A stretch of 30,468 bases of DNA, taken from NCBI GenBank assembly GCA_017531485.1, contig JAFXKY010000043.1, positions 1 to 30,468 on the forward strand. Reading direction: 5' to 3'. A model generated the notes under the pieces. That model was not told where the DNA came from, did no database searches, and worked only from the letters and a program-made list of their open reading frames with translations. This document shows positions 9,781-16,500 of this stretch, piece after piece. Each line of letters begins with the position of its first letter. The stretch's first letter is position 1. The position numbers were made by a program, and so were the translations under genes. This stretch comes from Eubacteriaceae bacterium (GTDB lineage: Bacteria > Bacillota > Clostridia > Eubacteriales > Anaerofustaceae).

Positions 9781-10953
9781 TTAAAATTCCGTAATAAGTT
9801 TTGCTTCGAACTGAAGGATCAGAACAGAGTCTGTGCTGTTCACTTTGCCGTCATCATTTACATCCGCCGCAGTTTCATCAAATTCTACGTCTCCGAGGAT
9901 TCCTGCTTCGTACTGTAAAACGAGAACAGCATCCGTGCTGTTTACTTTCCCGTCGCCGTTCGCATCGCCGTAATTGACTGTTTCGTTTGATTTCTTAACG
10001 TTGAGGATACATCCTGCGGGACCCTGTTCGGAAGCTCCGATAATATCTCCCATTGATGAGATGTAATATTTTCCTGCTTCCAGAGTATTGGGAACGGTTA
10101 CTTTGCCGTTTTCGTCTGACGTACCAAACATTTCCCACTCTTCAAGCGGCTGACCGTCATACTCTTCTGCATTTATGTAATATACATCTCTGTCGGGATA
10201 TACAACGTGTGTTGTTTCTCCGCCGTACCCGCCTGTAGTGCGTTTAAGAGTCAGTTCAAGGGTTTCGCCCTGCGTAACGGTTATATTATCTCTCGTGCCG
10301 TCTTCTGTTTCAAAGAATGCGTAACCTGAACCCATTACGCCACTGTCCTTGATGAGGTGGAAGTTGATGGCAGTTCCGTCTACGGCGATAATCTGATCAC
10401 TCGTTGATCCCCAGCCCGGCTTACCGAGGGGATATTTATAGTCAACGAAATAGTTCATGTTCGTTGAGCCGTTCCAGAAATTCATGAATGAACTGCCTGC
10501 GCCCTGCGACCAGCTTACATATTCAAAAATATCCGCTTCCCCGTCTTCATTTCCGTCATACCCCTGACCGAGCTTGCTTTCGGGAAGTTCGCACATAAAC
10601 ATTTCTGTTGCATATATAAATGCATGCATAAGTGTTACGATTCCGTCTGCTGTTTCCGGAGTTCCGGGGGCCTGACTTGTGCCGGTATAACAATCCGGGT
10701 TGTAATAATAGTGTTCAAGACCATACAGAGCAAGGTCGAAATAAGGAACACTCACTTTTTCCACGATGAGCTGTTTTCCCGAAGCGGTAGTGTAAAAATC
10801 ATCTACACTTTCGGAAATCGTCATTGCAACTTCAACAGTTCCGTTTTTGTTCGTGTCGCCGTTGAGTTCTCTCGCTGACGCACCTGTCGGAATGATCATC
10901 ACAGCCATAAGAGTGGCGAGCATAGCCGCGAGAATTCTCTTTGTTGTTTTCAT
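9781..10953 (-). CDS. secreted dockerin-containing protein of unknown catalytic/binding function (signal peptide + ~300-aa domain + dockerin)
   Basis: The 390-aa ORF starts MKTTKRILAAMLATLMAVMIIPTGASA. C-terminal dockerin repeats are GDANGDGKVNSTDAVLVLQY and DVNDDGKVNSTDSVLILQF. Its stop lies 13 nt before the start of 5508..9767 (RBS AAGGAAA), so the two are co-transcribed. Confidence 0.8.
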   Translation of the reverse strand: MKTTKRILAAMLATLMAVMIIPTGASARELNGDTNKNGTVEVAMTISESVDDFYTTASGKQLIVEKVSVPYFDLALYGLEHYYYNPDCYTGTSQAPGTPETADGIVTLMHAFIYATEMFMCELPESKLGQGYDGNEDGEADIFEYVSWSQGAGSSFMNFWNGSTNMNYFVDYKYPLGKPGWGSTSDQIIAVDGTAINFHLIKDSGVMGSGYAFFETEDGTRDNITVTQGETLELTLKRTTGGYGGETTHVVYPDRDVYYINAEEYDGQPLEEWEMFGTSDENGKVTVPNTLEAGKYYISSMGDIIGASEQGPAGCILNVKKSNETVNYGDANGDGKVNSTDAVLVLQYEAGILGDVEFDETAADVNDDGKVNSTDSVLILQFEAKLITEF

Positions 10954-11247
10954 TTTTAAGTCCTTTCATCATATTTATTTTTCTCCGCCGGTTTTCCTTT
11001 ATGGCGTTTTCTTTTTATTTATTTCGACAGCACCTCCTTTTGCTTTCTGAATAAAATGCCTCTGACAAATGCGTGAACCGGGTCATATGAAAAGGTATTT
11101 ATTCATTGATTATATCAATCGGCTATGCCGAAAGATGACGGTTATAGGGTCTGGGATTTGTTGGAAAGACAGAAAGTAAAAATACCTGCCTTTTATGAGC
11201 GGACACAAAAGCACAGGTAAAAAAGCCAGAATATAATTACTAAAACA

Positions 11248-11276
11248 TTGAATTTAATGAAAAACTCTGCTATAAT
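11248..11276 (+). promoter_or_regulatory. strong sigma-A-type promoter on the plus strand: TTGAAT-17 nt-TGcTATAAT (extended -10)
   Basis: Read directly: cattGAATTtaatgaaaaactcTGcTATAATtataaat. The -35 is TTGAAT at 11248-11253, the -10 is TATAAT at 11271-11276, the spacer is 17 nt, and there is a TG at -15/-14. Confidence 0.55.
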
Positions 11277-11283
11277 TATAAAT

Positions 11284-11367
11284 AAGGCAATTCGAAGATT
11301 TGCCACACCGCCGCCATTCTGCTACGACGCCAATCATTGACAGAAGGCGGCGGTTGCTTTTGTGTTG
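11284..11367 (+). ncRNA. candidate ~85-nt small RNA (promoter-to-terminator unit with no ORF), antisense in orientation to every gene in the window
   Basis: The predicted TSS lies 7-8 nt after the -10 element. The transcript would contain a small hairpin GGCAA-ttcgaagat-TTGCC, then a terminator hairpin CCGCCGCCATTCTG...CAGAAGGCGGCGG followed by TTGCTTTTGTGTTG. No plus-strand gene follows within about 15 kb. Confidence 0.4.
11308..11367 (+). terminator. rho-independent terminator-like hairpin plus U-rich tract on the plus strand
   Basis: A 13-bp imperfect stem (CCGCCGCCATTCTG / CAGAAGGCGGCGG, one bulge) with a 19-nt loop is followed by TTGCTTTTGTGTTG. Confidence 0.45.
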
Positions 11368-11770
11368 TAAGCGAATAAAAAAATCGCCGGGTATCCGACG
11401 ATATGTGTTCATACAAAAACAGATTCGCATATTCCGGATACGAAAAGTCCCTGCATCAACCAAGTCTGCCGGCTACACGGCTGCCAATCAGCTCCCGGGT
11501 TTAACGGGATTCCTTTCGGTCATGCTTTTATTGTCATTATAATACAACAATTATTCCAATTTGTAAAGTATTTTCCAAATCATTTTTTGTGTATTGATCA
11601 TTTTGAATGTCCTGCGGCTTCAGTTCCCGATACTCACGTGAAATATGTAAACAGGAAATCCTCAGACGATTTTCAACAAGCAACTTCCGACTTCCCATAT
11701 AATGTGGTTTGAGTCAATAACCGCCGCCCGCATGTAACTGGCACATATCCAAAATCTCATTAACAAATTT

Positions 11771-11844
11771 TCTGTAAATAAAAATCCCCCTTTCTCAGTT
11801 TCAAGGAGTTGTCTCCTTTGCTTATAGCACCGAGAAAGGGGGAT
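11771..11844 (-). terminator. terminator of gene 11895..12428: perfect 13-bp inverted repeat (ATCCCCCTTTCTC / GAGAAAGGGGGAT) with a 35-nt loop containing an inner AAGGAG-TTGT-CTCCTT hairpin, followed on the minus strand by TTTTTATTT
   Basis: Read directly. The element starts about 50 nt after the stop codon at 11895. Confidence 0.6.
11797..11844. repeat. copy A of a ~48-nt intergenic repeat (AGTTTCAAGGAGTTGTCTCCTTTGCTTATAGCACCGAGAAAGGGGGAT)
   Basis: About 38 of 48 nt are identical to copy B at 12824-12870 (AGTTTCCAGGAGTTGTCTCATCTAATATAAGCACCGAGAAGGGAGAT). Both copies sit immediately 3' of consecutive minus-strand genes. Confidence 0.7.
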
Positions 11845-11894
11845 ATTAAGGATAATGCCAATAAATTTTTTATTTAATGGCAATCTATGAATGT

Positions 11895-12428
11895 CTATCT
11901 GTAAAACTTTCCGTCAGAATGTGTTTTGAGGGCATTTCCGAGATTATTCTTCATATCTTCCGGCATATATCTGCTCAGTTCTTCCCATGTACCGTCTAAC
12001 ACCTGCAAAGTTACTCTGTTTTTGCTGTATTTTTCAAACTGGTATTTCAGCTTTATATTTCTTTCTTCGCGTGTACTAATAAATATCAACGGATACACAA
12101 ACTCCGACGAGATGCCATAACTCTTTACATCGGCCCACGCTATTCCATGCTTTCGAATAAATAATCCATAACATTGTATTTCATCCTGAGTTGTAGCGAT
12201 TTTAAGAAATAATTTTTTTACAATTCCACCTCTCCAAGCCACAAAGTTCAATCCACATAACAGCAGTACAAAGAGCCCAACACCAAAATATACACCCGGA
12301 TCCCTTTGCTTAATCCAAAATAGATATATTAAATCTGCAATAATATAAATACACATCGCGTTGGAAATAACAACTCCTGAAATCACAACCAGAGCCATTG
12401 AGGATTTATACGCTTTCATTAATTTCAC
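11895..12428 (-). CDS. small membrane protein (two N-terminal TM helices + ~110-aa cytoplasmic domain), unknown function; immunity-protein-like architecture
   Basis: The 177-aa ORF has hydrophobic segments ALVVISGVVISNAMCIYIIADLIYLFW and VYFGVGLFVLLLCGLNFVAW. The likely true start is the second ATG (MKAYKSS..), which is preceded by GGTTAGGTGA. It is followed by the terminator at 11771-11844. Confidence 0.65.
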   Translation of the reverse strand: MKLMKAYKSSMALVVISGVVISNAMCIYIIADLIYLFWIKQRDPGVYFGVGLFVLLLCGLNFVAWRGGIVKKLFLKIATTQDEIQCYGLFIRKHGIAWADVKSYGISSEFVYPLIFISTREERNIKLKYQFEKYSKNRVTLQVLDGTWEELSRYMPEDMKNNLGNALKTHSDGKFYR

Positions 12429-12528
12429 CTAACCTTTCCAGATTGAATTTTCTCAAACGGATAAAAATGCTCCTTTTACTAATTCCTTTTGAAAGATGTT
12501 GATCATAACCTCCTTCGAGACTTGATAT

Positions 12529-12802
12529 TTAGATTTTTGTCTTAACCGCTCTTCTTTTTATCAATTCTATTTTTTCGCCTGGAATCACCTTTCCCGCTAT
12601 CCTCGATCTTTTCATAGAATGATTATCCCAAATTTTCGATCCATTAGCATGTTCACCAATTCCATCTCCGGATTTTGCGTAAGTAATACTTTCGTCAAAT
12701 ATCTGCAACATCAATTAACATTGTCCCGACAACAAAAATTATTGCTACTGTTATTACTGTTACACTATCAATTGCTATAATACCAACAGCCATAAATGTC
12801 AT
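12529..12802 (-). pseudogene. frameshifted small membrane-protein gene (or sequencing error). A 35-aa hydrophobic ORF (12695..12802, MTFMAVGIIAIDSVTVITVAIIFVVGTMLIDVADI) runs into the 61-aa ORF 12529..12714 in the +1 frame.
   Basis: Translating the minus strand gives ...GTT GCA GAT ATT TGA in frame A and ...ATA TTT GAC GAA AGT... in frame B. Deleting one T from the TTT run fuses them into a 91-aa protein with one TM helix and a ~55-aa tail (..DIDESITYAKSGDGIGEHANGSKIWDNHS..). Confidence 0.35.
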
Positions 12803-12823
12803 TACATATCAACCTATTAGCTA

Positions 12824-12870
12824 AGTTTCCAGGAGTTGTCTCATCTAATATAAGCACCGAGAAGGGAGAT
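12824..12870. repeat. copy B of the ~48-nt intergenic repeat, directly downstream of the stop of gene 12878..13279; it lacks the outer 5' stem arm present in copy A
   Basis: Aligned by eye with copy A. A small hairpin GAGAT-tttg-ATCTC overlaps the stop codon at 12866-12879. Confidence 0.7.
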
Positions 12871-12877
12871 TTTGATC

Positions 12878-13279
12878 TCAATCTGTCAATTTTGCCATAT
12901 ATTCATCAAGAAAGCACCTGAGTGACTGTTCCCAGGGACAATCATTGGTTTGCTTTGCCAATGCAAGGCTGTATTGAAGTGCATGGATCAGATCCGGATG
13001 AGATATACGAATCAACCGGTCATATATCCGATCTGCTCCGGGCCAGTTCATATCCTGCAACCATTCGAATAAATTACACAGGAAAGGTCTGAGTTCATCA
13101 TCTGTCCTTTGAGTTACGATCAGTGCGCAGTTATCCCACACATTTTTGCCATGCCTCAACGTCAACGGTTGCATAAAATAGTGTATATCTTTTATGTTCG
13201 CAGCAAGCATTATACCCTTTTGCTGAACAGGTAAAGGCTTATTCCAATCCAACATATCCAAAATATCATATATTTCCAT
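12878..13279 (-). CDS. small cytoplasmic Trp-rich protein of unknown function (~133 aa from the internal Met), possible immunity-type protein
   Basis: The ORF track extends to 13438 (186 aa). Residues 1-53 (..VVVWYYYINVRAISIEAIN..) are translated AT-rich promoter DNA that overlaps the conserved promoter repeat. MEIYDILDMLDWNKPLPVQQ.. starts at about 13279 and is preceded by AAAAGGACAGGAAC. The coordinate is approximate to within 1-2 nt. Confidence 0.55.
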   Translation of the reverse strand: MEIYDILDMLDWNKPLPVQQKGIMLAANIKDIHYFMQPLTLRHGKNVWDNCALIVTQRTDDELRPFLCNLFEWLQDMNWPGADRIYDRLIRISHPDLIHALQYSLALAKQTNDCPWEQSLRCFLDEYMAKLTD

Positions 13280-13387
13280 CAGTTTGTTCCTGTCCTTTTC
13301 ACAGCAATCAACAGCATATTTTGTGTCAAAATGTGAAATTCCGGTTAAATTAATTGCTTCAATCGAAATAGCTCTTACATTAATATA

Positions 13388-13416
13388 ATAATACCACACC
13401 ACGACACGTATTTCAA
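13388..13416 (-). promoter_or_regulatory. copy 1 of a duplicated sigma-A-like promoter module (minus strand: TTGAAA-TACGTGTCGTGGTGTGG-TATTAT), upstream of gene 12878..13279
   Basis: The -35 TTGAAA has 17-nt spacing to the -10 TATTAT. It matches the element at 21201-21229 at 32 of 35 positions, including the spacer. Confidence 0.5.
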
Positions 13417-13445
13417 CCGTTCCAAACGGATCGCACATCCGAAAA

Positions 13446-13482
13446 GTAAAACAGAACCACCTTGCGGGCGATACTGTTTTAC
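13446..13482 (-). terminator. terminator-like hairpin after the 1701-aa gene: GTAAAACAG-(19-nt loop with a CCGCAAGG GNRA mini-hairpin)-CTGTTTTAC followed by TTTTCGG
   Basis: A 9-bp perfect AU-rich stem read directly. It lies 56 nt downstream of the stop at 13538. Confidence 0.4.
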
Positions 13483-13537
13483 TATCAGTTTCAGATGTAC
13501 TGATTTTACTTACCCGTTGCTCATATTGACATGTACG

Positions 13538-16500
13538 TTATTTCATCTGCTGAAGAATGTACGGATCCTTTATCTTTTTATCTTCCGCGAAGAGTATTAT
13601 CTTCGATACGATCTCTGCCGTCTTCGGATCGTCGTCAACAAACGGAAGGAAGATCTTTCCGCGATGCTGTGAGTGTACGGGGAGAACGTTAAGCTGATGA
13701 ACTCCCGACATATGCACCACGCCGCTTCCGAGATGCACGGTATATTCTCCGTGATGTCCTTTGATAAACGCATGAGAGCCTTTGACAGTCACGTTTTCAA
13801 GGCCGAATAGATCAATGTTATTTTCCACGATCACCCTGCGCATTTCAACCGTTGAGTGGCTTGCTTCCGGATCAACTCCGCCTGCATGTGCGACGCTGAC
13901 GATAAGATCCACATCCCTCATGGCTTCAGAATAAACTATATCCGGAACATCCCTGAGAGGAATTTCTTTGTATGACTTTCTGTCGGAAAAGCATACATAT
14001 TCAAGCGTCGGAGCTTCTATATCCGACGGGGAGAACCAGTCCGCAAGGGCATACATATTGACTGCGATATTATCCTTATAAAATACTTTCTCAGGACCGG
14101 TTTCGTGGTCTATTACCCACCTGCGATTCTTCAAAAGAGCTGCCGCCTTTGTGGGCTGTATCTGATGTGCCGCAAACATTCTTGAGTACGTCATGTCAAG
14201 CTCTTCATCGAGTTTTACGTAAAGCTCTCTGAATACCTGTCTGAACGGCTGCCTTGTTCCCCGATCCTTCTGCTTAGTAAAGAACACCTTCTGCCATCCT
14301 GCCAGACATCCTGATCTGAACATATCATACGGATGCGCCACACGTACGGGACTTTGCATGGGCATTTCAATGACCTCACCGTTCACATCAACAAGCGATG
14401 CGCACTCTCCGGGATATACAATTCCCAGCACTCCCGTTTCGTCATTGATGAATACCAAATTCTCAACCACAGGCCTTACGATGGGGTTGTTATAAAGAGA
14501 AGTAATCTCTTCGACAGTATATATCTCCCTTTCTTCCATGGAAAGTTCGAACATCCTGACGCTTCTTGAATACTGTTCACGGAATTTCTTTACGGCATCT
14601 TTCAGCTCGGTGATATAAGAGTGTTTTTTATATGCCGACGGCACCGATGCCATTATCTTACCGTTTTTACGCACGGCAACATCAGGTCTCCCCGATGAAA
14701 AATCAATTGCCGCTTCAACAACGTCTTTTCCATCATCAAGAATATGCCATTCGAAATATCCGGAAAGGGATTCAGTCAGAGCCGATTCCATTACGAGGGT
14801 GAGCCTCGTGACATCCTTGAATCCCGCACGGGTCGCGAGGTTGCGAAGTGCCATATCTGATGCAAGCGATTCGCTCGCCCTTCTCTGCGCTCCGAATGCA
14901 GTACTTTCCTTGCGGAATTTCTGAATAAATTCATATCTGCGAAGCATGTCTTCCTTATCCCTGAGGGGAACGAGGGGATAACTCATGAGAAGGTCCTTAT
15001 TTCGTTTTTCCGAGATCTCTTTTTCAAGATCTGATATACTTACCTTCCCGAGAACAGCATCAGCATACTTCCTCGCACGCGAATGTTTGCTTCCGTCGCA
15101 AATATATTTCGCCGCGTCATAAAGCATGGAAAATCTTTCTTCACCGAGAACTGAATAAGCATCTTCGAACCACTGAATATCAAACGCACCATTCTGAAGT
15201 TCCGTCTTATCAAGAGGAGTAAATCTCGCAATGGTCGCATATTTACGCTCGTCTGTGGAGTACTGATCATTCATATGCGCCATAAAGTAATACGCTCCGC
15301 TCTTCATGCCGTCAAATCCCAGATATTCTTCTATTATATCTATCCACTGCGGTGCATACATCGCAACTTCAATAAGACGTACCGTACTTATTGACGAACC
15401 TTTCAGCAGCTCCCCGAGTTTTTCCGCACTGTCATCTTCCGCAGGGTGACACACGCTTATGAGGTGGCTGAGTGCGTCTTTGCGGGAACTACCGCTGCTG
15501 TAACCATAGACACTTCTCGAAAGCTTGTCATTGCCAAGGGATTTTATGAGATCCACAAGATACTTCGCTCCGCAGAAATATTCTATTGCGGTAACTGCCT
15601 TTGAGTATTCCGTCGGGCTGTCACTTCTCTTACATTCAACACTGACTATCTCGGAAGCCACTTTGTCCGCAACGTCAACGATAAATTTTTTCATCTCTTC
15701 GTCGTTATCTATACCGTAGCGTTCGAGTTCTCGTTTTACCCAGACTCTCTTTTCGGCGCTGTATATGTAAAAGATGCTCTGAACATTACTTCTAAGCCTT
15801 TTGTTATCGAATATAGCTTTATACATCTGAGGCATGCTTATCATTCCGTAATACGCCGCAAGTATAAGCGCAAGGCCGTTCGGAACGAGCTTATTGAATG
15901 TACTCATCCATCCGTAGTTGTTATACAAAGGCATGAAGAATTTTTGATCGAGATTATACATAACCATAAACCTGTCCCTGAAATTCTCTTTCGTTATAGC
16001 CATATCGCCCATCTGCATGAGAGTCTGCTGGAATATCGCAGATACGATAAAGCTCGCCCTGTAAGGTTCTCCTGATGTAATGACCCCGCTGACTTCAACA
16101 GCAACTTTATCATCCGGCACGTTACAGCAAAGATATTCAACGACCTTCGTTCCAACGTCGATAAGATATTCCTTTGGGCAGTAAACTTCCACAAGCTTGT
16201 CGACAACAGCCTTTATAAGCCCGTCATATGCAAAAAACATTCCGTTTTTTTCGCCGGTGCCGCCGTATTTATATTTCGTACCATCAAACTCTACAACATC
16301 TTTCCCGAAAATACGCTTTGCGGTCTCTTTCGAAAAACCGATATAATCATCAGGCACTCCTTCTCGGACGGATGAAAAAGATCCATATCCGAGCATGCTT
16401 TTCTGCATAGCAAGAAGCTCACTATGACCATTTATCTCATTTTCAAAAAATCCCTTCCAGACTTCCCAGAGCGGAACAACATCCTCAGGCTCACCTCTGA

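Noticed and set aside
11254-11883. ORFs 11254..11463(-), 11300..11542(+) and 11662..11883(-) inside the 940-bp intergenic region
   Set aside because: They read straight through the promoter and terminator hairpins. The 80-aa plus-strand ORF is Arg-rich nonsense, and none has an RBS. The region is better explained as regulatory or sRNA sequence.
13280-13438. N-terminal 53-aa extension of ORF 12878..13438 (MCDPFGTVEIRVVVWYYYINVRAIS...)
   Set aside because: It overlaps the conserved promoter-like 35-mer and a low-complexity AT-rich stretch. The internal Met with an upstream AAGGA is the more plausible start.
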